Source of the DNA: a bacterium
Lineage (GTDB): Bacteria; Auribacterota; UBA3054
Length of the DNA: 64,000 nt
Reading direction: 5' to 3'
Assembly (NCBI GenBank): GCA_017539325.1
Contig: JAFYHD010000067.1
Coordinates: forward strand, 821-64,820
Shown: in pieces, positions 38,561 through 47,926 of the stretch
Position numbering within the stretch: position 1 is the first letter of the stretch
How the letters are laid out: each line of letters starts with the position of its first letter
Position numbers and translations under genes: made by a program
Notes under the pieces: generated by a model
Database searches by the model: none
Told to the model about the DNA's origin: nothing
The model's input: the letters and a program-made list of their open reading frames with translations, nothing else

Positions 38561-41500
38561 TTACCTTTTTTCGTTTCTCAAATATATAAGGCCTATGGCA
38601 AAAAGGAGGAGCGGCGCCAATAAAGGTTCCGGCGTCAAAACCGTGTCTTTGTGCCAGTTGTTTTCAAGCTGTATGTCGATGTTCAAATTGTCGTATTCAT
38701 AGGGGCGGAAGCGCAGCGTCGTTAAGGTCTCGCCAAGGATCACGTCGTAGAACGGCGCGCCGTCGAGGTTGTAGCGCTTGGCTATGTTCATGGTCTCCTT
38801 GGAGAGGACCTGGAGCTGCGCGTTCGTCACGATCTCGTTTCCGGTCCCGTAAGCGATGCCGGAAAGCGCGTACTGACGCCCTTTCATGGCAACAGAGATC
38901 GTTGCCGGCTTGGAACCGACCGTCGCGTTGGTTATGACGCGGTCCATGCCGGGGTAATTCAATTCCGCGAGATAATCGCCCAAGGGCAGCGCCAGAGCCG
39001 CGGAGCGCCCCTTGCTGTTTGTGAACACTTTCTGACCGGCCACGGTTATCGCGACGCCTTCCAAAGGAAGGTTGGAACGCTCTCCCACGCAGTTGAAATA
39101 GAGATACCCGAAAGAGGAGCTCCTTTCCAACGCGAAAGCGCAGCCCGTGTTTGCGTTTATGTTGGTAAGGCAGGGAGAATGGTCCGGATGGGTGATGTTA
39201 AGCGTTAGAGCGTCTCCGCCGGAAAAGCTCGGGAAAGAAAAAGAACCGTAGGCGCTGTTGGTGATCCAGTATATCTCGTTCCCCGTGGAAACGGCAAGAA
39301 CGCAGCCTTCCAGGGGGCCGGAGCCGAACATGGTGTTGGTCGTGACCGTGCCGTTGAGGTCCCAGGAAACGAGTTCCCTTGAAGGAAGTCCGACTTCCAC
39401 CGTAAGGACTTTCGGAGCGGAGATCGCTTCGCCGTTCCCAGCATAGTAGGCGAAATAGTAAGTTCCGGCTTTCTCAAAGGGCCCGCAGGCGGTGACGGCG
39501 GCAAGTTTGTCGGCTATCAGTCCGACGTCCGGATTCATGGGATCCTCGCGCCAGTAATTCCCAAGGGTAGCGTACCCTTCAAGCTCTATGCTTTCGCCCG
39601 CCGAGAGCGTTATGAAAGCGTCTTCGCTTCCGTTGATCTTAGGCTTGGGATCAAACTTGAATTCCGGCCTGAACATGAAAGAGGAGCCGTTCACGCTCCC
39701 GCGCTGGTTTATCTCGCAGTGGATATGGCGGTCTCCCCCGCCGCTGAATTCATGTTCGAATTCCGAATCGGGGTTAACAGCCTGCCAGGTGGTCCAGCCC
39801 ATGTCTTCGTCCCAGTTGAACCTGATGGACGTCCCCTCTTTGTAAGGCGCCAGAACGGGTCTTAAGCGCACGCTTCTTTCCGTGCGGGAAACTTCCTCAA
39901 GGTAGACTCTCGAAACGAGCGGATTAACGAAGACGTTGGTCTCCAAACTGCCCGCGAGCCTGTTCTCGCCGTCATAGGCCGCGAGCGTCAAGACATGCGT
40001 TCCGCCGTCGGTTCCCGAAACGATCTCGGAAACGCCTCCTTCCGCCGCTTCCTCCCCGTCGAGGAGCCATTTGTAAGAATAGCCCGGCGTGGAGCCGAAG
40101 TTGTTGAGGCGGAGGACGTCGCCTTCGTTGAGCGTGAAATTGCCGCTCTGCGCCAGCAAAGGATAAGCGTCGGACGACAGGGTCTTGACATTAACGGTCT
40201 CTTCTTTGCCGTCGGCCGTAAGAGTGAACCGGTATTCCGCCGCCTTGCCAAGAGCGGCGGGATCGACCTTTACGAGCAACGTCCTGCCGTCAGGCCCGAC
40301 GCTGCCGGATATTGGCCCCACCGAAAGAGGCTGTTCTTCCGGAACGGCCACGGAATAATCGTAAGGAAGAGTCCCGAAATTTTTCATTTCAAGCCCGACC
40401 CTGTCCGAACCAACGGGTACGATAACGTTCGTAGGGAAACTGGGAATGGATCTGGCTTCGGCAAGAGCGAGATCCAAGTCCTTTTCCGTCACCGCTCCGT
40501 AATTGTCCCTGACCTGGCACTTCAGGACCTTTTCGCCGGAAGTCTGGTATTGATGCACAAAGTAAAGGCCGGAAGTCCATTCCGTCCATTCCCCGTCCTC
40601 TTCGGCGCGCCAGCGGACTAGGAACGTGTCGTTGGTGCCAGGGTCGCTTGGGAAAGCCTGGAAAGTGAGCGGCCTTCCCGCCATAAGGCTCCCGTTGATC
40701 AGGGCGACATTGAGTTTCGGGTAAGAGTTGGTGACGGTAAGCGTCGTGTAATTCGTCACAACCCCGTCGTAAGGGCGCCTTCTGTCGCGCATGATCAAAG
40801 TCACGTCGTAAGTTCCGGGGTCATAAGTGTCGGTGTAAGCGTAGACCATGTTGTTGGTCTTCATCTGAGACTGCACTCCCCTAAGCTGCCACCGGAAGGC
40901 CGGCATCCAGCCTTTGGATGCGGAGGCGTCAAAATAGTTGGTCTCGCCCTGCCCCACGACGTAAGGCCCGCCGGCGTCCGCGCTCTGATTCAGATTTCCG
41001 AGCAGCCCTGATATCGGCATGGTGAAAAGCCTTTCCTCCGCGGAGTCTGTAGGAGCGGCCATGTAGTAATAGACCTTGCCCGTTTCCGCCGTGTCGTCGT
41101 CAAGGACAACTCTTCCGCCTTCCGTTGAAACAGTATTTAAATATGTCCTGCCGGAAAAATCTTTCGTTTCGCTTCTGTAAACGTCGTATTCCCCGGCGGC
41201 GGCAAGGAAGGAGAAACAAAGGGAATTCTCCCGTTCCTCGAGCAAAGGATCCTGGGGATGCTGTTTTATAAGCACGTCCTCCCAGCTTTTGCCGAGCCTG
41301 ACTTCATCAACGATGAACTTCGCTCCCTTCCTGCCTTCGATGACCACCCGGTTGGAAGCGATGCCGGTCATGTTGTAAGCAACGTTGGCGTCAGCCGAAT
41401 CGGGCTGCGGTTCGGCATCAAGGGCGGGATCCATCCAGAAATATATCTTGTTGAGATACAGATCGACTTTCGCCACGAAAAGGTTGGTTGAAAAAGGCTC

Positions 41501-43108
41501 CAACGCGCGGCCGGTCGCGGCGTTGTTAAGGTAGATAAGATCGGTCCCGGCGTTCTTCGCGATCCTGATCCTTGAACCGAGGCCTACGCCGAAATAATTG
41601 TCGTCATCGTTCTGACGGCTCACAAGGCAGGAGAACCAGAAAGTGGATTCGGCGCCTTTGTTGAAAGGAAAGCGCCGCTCGTAGTCGCCGCCGCAGCGCC
41701 AGATGGCGTTGCTTGTCCAGGCGTCCATCATAACGGCGCTGCCGCTGGAATGCAGCCCGGGATAGCTTAAGCCGCCGCAGATCTGGTAGACCTTGTTGGA
41801 GCAGGTCCACCAGGGCTCGAACCAGCCTGTCCCGCCTTCCTGCCACATGAGCGAATCGTCAAGCTTGTACAGGAAGCTTTCCTCCGCCAGTATTCTGGAA
41901 GGCTTGGCCTTGGCGTGGTAATTGGCGGCGTATTTCCTGATCTTCTTCCAGGTGCGGGCCACGTTGCGCCTGCCGTCCACGCCCAAAGGAACGCCCTCTA
42001 TGAAGGCGTTGGTGTCCGAAAAATTGTCCGTCCTGTGCCCGGCGTAGGCCATGATGCTGCCATATGAGTCGTCGCCGCGCAAAGTGTAGAAGCTGCCGAC
42101 GGAATGCCCGAAAAGGCCGCCGTTGGAAGGCCCGGCGCTGTAGCTTTGCTCGATGGCGTGCTGGCCGCCCATGTTGTGGCCGATCTCGTGGATCCAGCTG
42201 TGCCAACTCATGTAGTCCACGTTGATCATGTGCGCGGGATCCCTGTCGCTGATGCCGGAAGCCGTGCTCGCCACATAGGCCAAACCGCCATAGTTGCTGT
42301 TTTCCGGAACGATGGACCTTACGTCGGCGCCGTAGTGGCACTGCAGATATTTCACGTTGCTAAAAGGCCCCCTGTTGCTGCCGAAAGCGCTGAGATCCGT
42401 GCCTCCGTTGCCGGTGCTGACGTAATCCACCGCTTCGCTGTGGGCAAGCACCAGCCTCGTCGGCACGCCGCTGTTTTCCAAACTGAGGTTTCCGAGCGCC
42501 AGGCCCTGGGCGATAAGGTTGTTGATGCCGCCGCGCTCCGCGTATTTCTTGCTGGCGTTCTTCGTGTAGATGACGAGAAAGGTCTGCGTCGTCATGACAT
42601 CGTCGTCCCAGATCTTGGGATCGTCCTTCTGGTCGACAGCGGAGGCGTGTATTTCGGCGTCCCCTTCGTTGACGCCGCACTTCAGGGGATATTTTTTCTC
42701 GAAAGCGGCGACGTCCATGCAGTCAATGTTGAGGGGATGTCTGCCGAATCTTTTCAAAAGATCGTAGCTTTCCGGCTTAAGGGCATCGTAAACTCTGCCC
42801 ATCAGGGCGTCGTCGTCCCAGGTCATGCGGAAATGGCCGAGCCTGTCGTCAAGAAAGCCCGCCCTCACTTCCACGAAGTTGACGTCCATGTAGCAATAGG
42901 AGACCGTGCCCGTGAGCGCGGTCGTCGAGGAAGTCTTGATGACGAGCTTGTCCCCCATTCGGAGCGCTTTCACATTGTCGACGAAATCGGCGTCCTGGTT
43001 TCCGCTGATGTCGCCTTTAAGCGTGACGCGCGGCGAAATGTCTATGACGCGCTCCCGGGCTGCCAGCGTCAGCGCGGCGAAAATTAAAAGCAGGAATGAT
43101 CTTTTCAT
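38561..43108 (-). CDS. giant secreted metzincin-type zinc metalloprotease with PEP-CTERM (third paralog)
   Basis: 1515 aa; signal peptide; zinc site IHEIGHNMGGQHAIE; PKD-like segment (FLVRWRAEEDGEWTEW...KVLKCQVRDNYGAV); C-terminus LTPEPLLAPLLLFAIGLIYLRNEKR. Confidence 0.8.
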   Translation of the reverse strand: MKRSFLLLIFAALTLAARERVIDISPRVTLKGDISGNQDADFVDNVKALRMGDKLVIKTSSTTALTGTVSYCYMDVNFVEVRAGFLDDRLGHFRMTWDDDALMGRVYDALKPESYDLLKRFGRHPLNIDCMDVAAFEKKYPLKCGVNEGDAEIHASAVDQKDDPKIWDDDVMTTQTFLVIYTKNASKKYAERGGINNLIAQGLALGNLSLENSGVPTRLVLAHSEAVDYVSTGNGGTDLSAFGSNRGPFSNVKYLQCHYGADVRSIVPENSNYGGLAYVASTASGISDRDPAHMINVDYMSWHSWIHEIGHNMGGQHAIEQSYSAGPSNGGLFGHSVGSFYTLRGDDSYGSIMAYAGHRTDNFSDTNAFIEGVPLGVDGRRNVARTWKKIRKYAANYHAKAKPSRILAEESFLYKLDDSLMWQEGGTGWFEPWWTCSNKVYQICGGLSYPGLHSSGSAVMMDAWTSNAIWRCGGDYERRFPFNKGAESTFWFSCLVSRQNDDDNYFGVGLGSRIRIAKNAGTDLIYLNNAATGRALEPFSTNLFVAKVDLYLNKIYFWMDPALDAEPQPDSADANVAYNMTGIASNRVVIEGRKGAKFIVDEVRLGKSWEDVLIKQHPQDPLLEERENSLCFSFLAAAGEYDVYRSETKDFSGRTYLNTVSTEGGRVVLDDDTAETGKVYYYMAAPTDSAEERLFTMPISGLLGNLNQSADAGGPYVVGQGETNYFDASASKGWMPAFRWQLRGVQSQMKTNNMVYAYTDTYDPGTYDVTLIMRDRRRPYDGVVTNYTTLTVTNSYPKLNVALINGSLMAGRPLTFQAFPSDPGTNDTFLVRWRAEEDGEWTEWTSGLYFVHQYQTSGEKVLKCQVRDNYGAVTEKDLDLALAEARSIPSFPTNVIVPVGSDRVGLEMKNFGTLPYDYSVAVPEEQPLSVGPISGSVGPDGRTLLVKVDPAALGKAAEYRFTLTADGKEETVNVKTLSSDAYPLLAQSGNFTLNEGDVLRLNNFGSTPGYSYKWLLDGEEAAEGGVSEIVSGTDGGTHVLTLAAYDGENRLAGSLETNVFVNPLVSRVYLEEVSRTERSVRLRPVLAPYKEGTSIRFNWDEDMGWTTWQAVNPDSEFEHEFSGGGDRHIHCEINQRGSVNGSSFMFRPEFKFDPKPKINGSEDAFITLSAGESIELEGYATLGNYWREDPMNPDVGLIADKLAAVTACGPFEKAGTYYFAYYAGNGEAISAPKVLTVEVGLPSRELVSWDLNGTVTTNTMFGSGPLEGCVLAVSTGNEIYWITNSAYGSFSFPSFSGGDALTLNITHPDHSPCLTNINANTGCAFALERSSSFGYLYFNCVGERSNLPLEGVAITVAGQKVFTNSKGRSAALALPLGDYLAELNYPGMDRVITNATVGSKPATISVAMKGRQYALSGIAYGTGNEIVTNAQLQVLSKETMNIAKRYNLDGAPFYDVILGETLTTLRFRPYEYDNLNIDIQLENNWHKDTVLTPEPLLAPLLLFAIGLIYLRNEKR

Positions 43109-43157
43109 GTCAGGCTTCCAGATTTTTATAAATAAAACACATATATTTATATTTTAG
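43109..43157 (-). promoter_or_regulatory. AT-rich putative promoter/RBS region of the PEP-CTERM protease operon
   Basis: AT-rich stretch in a GC-rich genome immediately 5' of the 43108 start; minus-strand TTGCTA...17 nt...TTTTAT and a GGAAG RBS 8 nt before the ATG. Confidence 0.25.
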
Positions 43158-43197
43158 CAAAAAAACGCCCCGCTCGAACATACGAACGGGGCGTCGG
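43158..43197 (-). terminator. rho-independent terminator downstream of lptB
   Basis: Minus-strand ACGCCCCG-TTCGTATGTTCGAG-CGGGGCGT hairpin followed by TTTTTTTGC. Confidence 0.5.
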
Positions 43198-43224
43198 AAA
43201 AATTTCCAAATTTTAAGGAAAAAA

Positions 43225-43974
43225 TCAGATCCTGAAATCTTCGCCGAGGTAGATCCTGCGGGCTTCCGGATCGTTGATAAGCTTGTCGGCGGAGCCTTCT
43301 ATAAGGATCTCGCCCTGATTGATAAGATAAGCCCTGTCGGTCACGGAGAGCGTCTCCCTAACGTTGTGGTCGGTGATCAGAATGGCCAGGTCGCGGTGCT
43401 TCAGCTCCCTGATGATCTGCTGGACGTCCGCCACGGCGATCGGGTCGACGCCGGAGAAAGGTTCGTCGAGCAGTATGAGCGAGGGGCTCGTGACCAGCGC
43501 GCGGGCGATCTCAAGGCGCCTGCGTTCGCCGCCGGAAAGCGTGTAGGCCTTGCTTTTGGCGAGTTTCGAGATGCCGAGCTCTTCCAGGAGCTCATAGGAT
43601 CTCTTCTTCATCTCGTCCCGTTTCATGGGCAGCGTTTCCATAATGGCCATGATGTTCTCGAAGCTCGTCATGCGCCTGAAAACGGAAGGCTCCTGCGCCA
43701 GATAAGCGATGCCGTGCTGGGCGCGGTCGCACATCGGGTCGTTGGTGATATCCCTGCCCTGGAAGACCACTCTTCCAGAATTGGGACGGATGATGCCCAC
43801 TATCATGTAGAAGGTCGTCGTCTTGCCTGCGCCGTTGGGGCCCAGAAGACCGACGATCTCGCCTTTGTTGACATGGATGCTGACGCCTTTGACTACATTG
43901 CGCTGGTTGTAAGTCTTGACCAGCTTTTCAGTGTAAAGGACGGCGTCATTCGGCGGCGTGAAGTCTCCGCTCAT
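43225..43974 (-). CDS. lptB: LPS export ABC transporter ATP-binding protein
   Basis: Walker A GPNGAGKTT, ABC signature LSGGERRRLEIARAL, Walker B ILLDEPF; position at the end of the kds-lpt operon. Confidence 0.9.
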   Translation of the reverse strand: MSGDFTPPNDAVLYTEKLVKTYNQRNVVKGVSIHVNKGEIVGLLGPNGAGKTTTFYMIVGIIRPNSGRVVFQGRDITNDPMCDRAQHGIAYLAQEPSVFRRMTSFENIMAIMETLPMKRDEMKKRSYELLEELGISKLAKSKAYTLSGGERRRLEIARALVTSPSLILLDEPFSGVDPIAVADVQQIIRELKHRDLAILITDHNVRETLSVTDRAYLINQGEILIEGSADKLINDPEARRIYLGEDFRI

Positions 43975-44486
43975 TTTTCCTCCTTGATGTTGGGAAGTCT
44001 GAGCTTCCCGTCCTGGATGTTCAGGGTAATACGGGCGCCGTCGTCCAGGCTGAGCTTCTTGTGGCGATTGTCCCAGGTGATGGCTGAGCCCGAGGCGGTG
44101 TTGCCCCTCAGGTCGCGCATGATGGGTTCCCCGGTCATCCTGAAAGTGTCTTTCACCGCGTCGTAGGTAAGCTTGTTGCCGGTGACAGTCCCCTGCGAAG
44201 TGCGGATGAGGACTCTGCCCAAAGCCTCGATCTTGCCGATGTCGTGCGTCGACTGATCCTGGTAGACGATGGCTTTGTCGGCCCTGACGGAAACGTTCGT
44301 GATGCGGTTGGCGGCCGTGCCGAAAGCGTCCACGGACGTAAGCTTGACGTTGCCGGTGAGGACGAAGGTCCCGTTAGTCTCCATGGTGGTGGAGTCGGCC
44401 GTGATCATCACGCGGCCGCTGCCTTCCTCGGCGAAAAGCGTTCCGCAGAGAAGAAGCACTAATATCAGACTGAGTTTTTTTAGCAT
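43971..44486 (-). CDS. lptA: LPS transport periplasmic protein LptA (OstA-like)
   Basis: Signal peptide; OstA_N-like beta-jellyroll repeats (ITADSTTMETNGTFVLTGNVKLT...); overlaps lptB by 4 nt. Confidence 0.65.
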   Translation of the reverse strand: MLKKLSLILVLLLCGTLFAEEGSGRVMITADSTTMETNGTFVLTGNVKLTSVDAFGTAANRITNVSVRADKAIVYQDQSTHDIGKIEALGRVLIRTSQGTVTGNKLTYDAVKDTFRMTGEPIMRDLRGNTASGSAITWDNRHKKLSLDDGARITLNIQDGKLRLPNIKEEK

Positions 44487-44499
44487 GAGCGTTTCCCTT

Positions 44500-45039
44500 T
44501 TAGAATAAGAATTTTTCCTTGTCCTCGCTTGAAGGCGTAAGAATGATCTCAGGAGACTCGAAATCGCACTTGGCCTTCAGAAGGTCGACCGTAAGGCGGC
44601 GGCAGCGGATATAGTTCGAGCCGTTGCGGACAATGGGCGGCCCTCCGGTCATGATGACCTTGTTCTGGGCTTTTTCCCAAATGCCGCGGTCGGCGATGAC
44701 CTCCGTCTTGGTGTTGGTCTGGTCGTTGAAAACGACGTGCACGTTGCCGACGGCCACGACGCGCGAAAAGCCGTCCACGCCCTTCAATCCGAGCTCCTCG
44801 ACAGCCTGGTCGCCGCCCTTCTTGTCATCCTCGAAATAGACGGTGGCGTTGTCGGTCGTGAGCTTGCGCTCGCCGTCTGTCACGACGACGTGACCCCTTA
44901 AGTAAGCCGTGTTCTCCTCGAAGGAGTATTTCAGTTCATCGGAATTGATGGTGACGTCGCTCTTCTCATCTTCTTTCGCGAAGAGGGAGAGCGCCGCGCA
45001 CAAAAGTATGAATACAGACGCTTTGAGCTTCATGATCAT
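44500..45039 (-). CDS. second LptA/OstA-like periplasmic protein
   Basis: Signal peptide plus an OstA-like repeat pattern (TINSDELKYSFEENTAYLRGHVVVTDGERKLTTDNATVYF). Confidence 0.5.
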   Translation of the reverse strand: MIMKLKASVFILLCAALSLFAKEDEKSDVTINSDELKYSFEENTAYLRGHVVVTDGERKLTTDNATVYFEDDKKGGDQAVEELGLKGVDGFSRVVAVGNVHVVFNDQTNTKTEVIADRGIWEKAQNKVIMTGGPPIVRNGSNYIRCRRLTVDLLKAKCDFESPEIILTPSSEDKEKFLF

Positions 45040-45542
45040 TTCCCCGCTTTGAAAACTTCTATGCTGTTTTTCTCCACTTTGGCCTTGATCTCAACATCAT
45101 GGAAAAGCTTGCATTCCTTCTTTTCCTTGGTGTAGATGACGTAGAGGCCGCGCCCTTTTATCACTCTGTCGCCGTCCAGCAGCTGAACGGTCTTGTCCGT
45201 TTCAATTTCTCCGGTCTCCCTGTTGACGTCGGCGTATTCCGTCAGGAGCTTGACGACCGTGCCGTCGCGCCTGAAGAGCGTCACGATCACGTCATAGACG
45301 CGGATCTTCGAGCCTTCCGACTGTTTGGCGCTGGAGCCCTCCAGGACCCAGCGGCGGTCGCCCGTCTCGTCAACTTCCATCACCGTCACGCCGTCAAGCA
45401 TCTCCATCTCGTCGAGCATCTCGTCGCGGCTGTTGCCGGACTTGACGTTCTGAGTGGCCGCGACCGCCGTTTTGGCGGGGGCCTTCTCCTCCGCCAAAAG
45501 CGGAGACGCGAGAAGCAAAACTATGATCAGCAGCTTAAGCAT
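45036..45542 (-). CDS. lptC: LptC-like protein
   Basis: 168 aa with an N-terminal anchor, positioned between kdsC and lptA as in canonical kdsD-kdsC-lptC-lptA-lptB operons. Confidence 0.45.
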   Translation of the reverse strand: MLKLLIIVLLLASPLLAEEKAPAKTAVAATQNVKSGNSRDEMLDEMEMLDGVTVMEVDETGDRRWVLEGSSAKQSEGSKIRVYDVIVTLFRRDGTVVKLLTEYADVNRETGEIETDKTVQLLDGDRVIKGRGLYVIYTKEKKECKLFHDVEIKAKVEKNSIEVFKAGK

Positions 45543-46086
45543 AATAATCGGCTATGACTTTTTCCCAAAGGGATTGACCTTTCAAAATATATTCTATCAC
45601 TTCTCTGACAGCGCCATGTCCTCCGGGTTTCAAAGTCACGAGCTGGGCCGCTTCCCTGCATTCGTTGGAAGCGTCGCCCACCGCCACGGGAAGCCCCGCC
45701 TCGCGCATCATGGGGATGTCTATGATGTCGTCGCCGATGACGCAGATCTCGTTCAAGGGAACGCCGCATTCACGCGAAAAACGCTTCAGGACTTCCGCTT
45801 TGTCGCCGCATTTCTGGTAGACGTATTTCAGGCCGAAATCCTGCGCGCGTTCGCTGACGGCGACGGATTCGCGCCCCGTGATGACCGCGAAGTCATACCC
45901 CGCTTTCAGCCAGAGCCTGACGCCGAGGCCGTCCTTGCAGTCGAAGCGCTTCAATTCCATGCCGGCTGTCCCGTAGATGATGCCGCCGTCCGTCATGACG
46001 CCGTCGATGTCGACCGCGATGGCTTTTATGGAGCGCAGAGCCGCGAGCTGTTCCGGAGTGGGATTTTTGTCTTGCCAGTGAGGCAT
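45535..46086 (-). CDS. kdsC: 3-deoxy-D-manno-octulosonate 8-phosphate phosphatase (HAD family)
   Basis: IKAIAVDIDGVMTDGGIIYG...FDCKDGLGVRLWLKAGYDFAVITGRES, characteristic of KdsC. Confidence 0.85.
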   Translation of the reverse strand: MPHWQDKNPTPEQLAALRSIKAIAVDIDGVMTDGGIIYGTAGMELKRFDCKDGLGVRLWLKAGYDFAVITGRESVAVSERAQDFGLKYVYQKCGDKAEVLKRFSRECGVPLNEICVIGDDIIDIPMMREAGLPVAVGDASNECREAAQLVTLKPGGHGAVREVIEYILKGQSLWEKVIADYYA

Positions 46087-46088
46087 TT

Positions 46089-47066
46089 TTACATTCCTAT
46101 TAGTTCGTCGTCGTCCAGGAGGCCGAGCAGTTTCCCGTTTTCGTCGACCACCGGCAGCTGGGAGAATTTCTTGACCGTCCCGCCCATGATCTCGGCGGCT
46201 TCAGACGCGAGGTAACCGGGAGTGATGGTGTGCGGTTCTTTTATCATGACCGCGGAGACTGGCTGCATGATAGCCTCGGGATCGTTCAGCATCGCGCGGC
46301 GGAAATCGCCGTCCGTGAAGAAGCCGCAGAGCTTGTCGTCAGAATCGACCACGCAGGCCGCGCCGTTCTTGGTCTTCGTCATAAGCACGACCACGTCGCG
46401 CACGATGGTGTCGGGGCTGACCTTGCAAAGGCGGTCGTCCTTGCGCATCAGCTGCTCGACCTTCATCATCTTGCGGCCCAAGGCGCCGCCCGGATGCAGC
46501 AGGGCGAAATCTTTTTCCGTAAAGTTTCTCTTCTCTACCAAAGCCATGGCGAGCGCGTCGCCCAAAGCCAGCTGCACCGTGGAAGAGCAGGTCGGCACCA
46601 TGCCGAAGGAACAGGCTTCCTTGGGAACGTAGCTGGATATGAATTCGTCGGCCGCTTTCGCGAGCGTGGAATCCTTGCGGCCTGTCATGGCGATAAGCTT
46701 GGCGCCCCTCTGCCTGAGGCAGGGAAGGATGGCCGTGACCTCGCTGGTCTCGCCGCTGTTGCTTAGCGCCAGTACGACGTCCCCTTTCATGACCATACCG
46801 AGGTCGCCGTGAAAGGCTTCGCCCGGATGGATGGCGAAGGCGGGAGTGCCTGTGGAGGCCAGCGTCGCCGCGATCTTCCTCGCGATGTGGAAGCATTTGC
46901 CCATGCCGAGGACGATCACGCGCCCCTTGCAAGCGTACATCAGTTCGACGGCCTTGGAAAAGGATTCGTCGAGCCTGCTGGAGACGTCGTCTATGGCGCG
47001 GGCTTCCAGTTTCAGGACATTTCTGGCTACGGTAAGATGATCCATATCTATTCTCCGTTGACGCAC
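46089..47066 (-). CDS. kdsD: arabinose-5-phosphate isomerase (SIS + tandem CBS)
   Basis: SIS motif GRVIVLGMGKCFHIARKIAATL...; C-terminal CBS pair. Confidence 0.9.
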   Translation of the reverse strand: MRQRRIDMDHLTVARNVLKLEARAIDDVSSRLDESFSKAVELMYACKGRVIVLGMGKCFHIARKIAATLASTGTPAFAIHPGEAFHGDLGMVMKGDVVLALSNSGETSEVTAILPCLRQRGAKLIAMTGRKDSTLAKAADEFISSYVPKEACSFGMVPTCSSTVQLALGDALAMALVEKRNFTEKDFALLHPGGALGRKMMKVEQLMRKDDRLCKVSPDTIVRDVVVLMTKTKNGAACVVDSDDKLCGFFTDGDFRRAMLNDPEAIMQPVSAVMIKEPHTITPGYLASEAAEIMGGTVKKFSQLPVVDENGKLLGLLDDDELIGM

Positions 47067-47926
47067 TCGTCAACTTTCATAAGCATTTCAGTGAGCGCTC
47101 CGAACTTTTCGAGCGGCCAGCTGTTCGGGCCGTCGCAGAGCGCCTTGTCGGGGTCGGGGTGAACTTCCATGAAGACGCCGTCAACTCCGGCCGCCACGGC
47201 GGCTCTGGCCAGAAGCGGCACGAAGGTCCTGTCGCCGCCGGAGCAGGTCCCCTGCCCGCTGGGCAGCTGGACGGAGTGCGTGGCGTCGAAGATGACAGGC
47301 ACACCAATCTGGCGCATGACCATAAGACCGCGCATGTCGACCACGAGATTGCCGTAGCCGAAAGCAGCGCCCCTTTCCGTCAGCATGATCTTTTCGTTGC
47401 CGGTGGAAGCGACTTTCGCCACGGCCTGGGCCATCGTCTGTGGAGCCACGAATTGGCCCTTCTTAATATTTATCACACGTCCGCTGCGGCCGGCTTCGAC
47501 CAAAAGGTCAGTCTGGCGGCAGAGGAAGGCTGGGATCTGGATGACGTCCGCGACGGCGGCCACTTTCTCGACCTGCCAGCTCTCATGGACGTCGGTCACT
47601 ATCGGCAAACCTGTCTCTTTCTTCACTTCGGCAAGTATCTCAAGGCCCTTTTCCAATCCAGGGCCGCGGAAATTGTTGACCGAAGTGCGGTTCGCCTTGT
47701 CAAAACTCGCTTTGAATACAAGAGAGAAGCCTTTTTCCTGCGCGATCTTTTTTAGCGCGAAAGCTTCTTCCATAACTTTGTCGGGGCTTTCTATAACGCA
47801 GGGGCCGGCCATGAAGAAAAGCGGCTCTCCGCCGCCCGCGAAAAACGACGCTATCCCGACTTTGCGCGTGGCAACTTTTTCCGGCTTGGCGCTGACGCTG
47901 ATATCGTATTTGTCGTCAGTCATCAA
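47048..47926 (-). CDS. kdsA: 3-deoxy-8-phosphooctulonate synthase
   Basis: FFMAGPCVIES...FKASFDKANRTS...GLPIVTDVHE KdsA motifs. Confidence 0.9.
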   Translation of the reverse strand: MMTDDKYDISVSAKPEKVATRKVGIASFFAGGGEPLFFMAGPCVIESPDKVMEEAFALKKIAQEKGFSLVFKASFDKANRTSVNNFRGPGLEKGLEILAEVKKETGLPIVTDVHESWQVEKVAAVADVIQIPAFLCRQTDLLVEAGRSGRVINIKKGQFVAPQTMAQAVAKVASTGNEKIMLTERGAAFGYGNLVVDMRGLMVMRQIGVPVIFDATHSVQLPSGQGTCSGGDRTFVPLLARAAVAAGVDGVFMEVHPDPDKALCDGPNSWPLEKFGALTEMLMKVDECVNGE

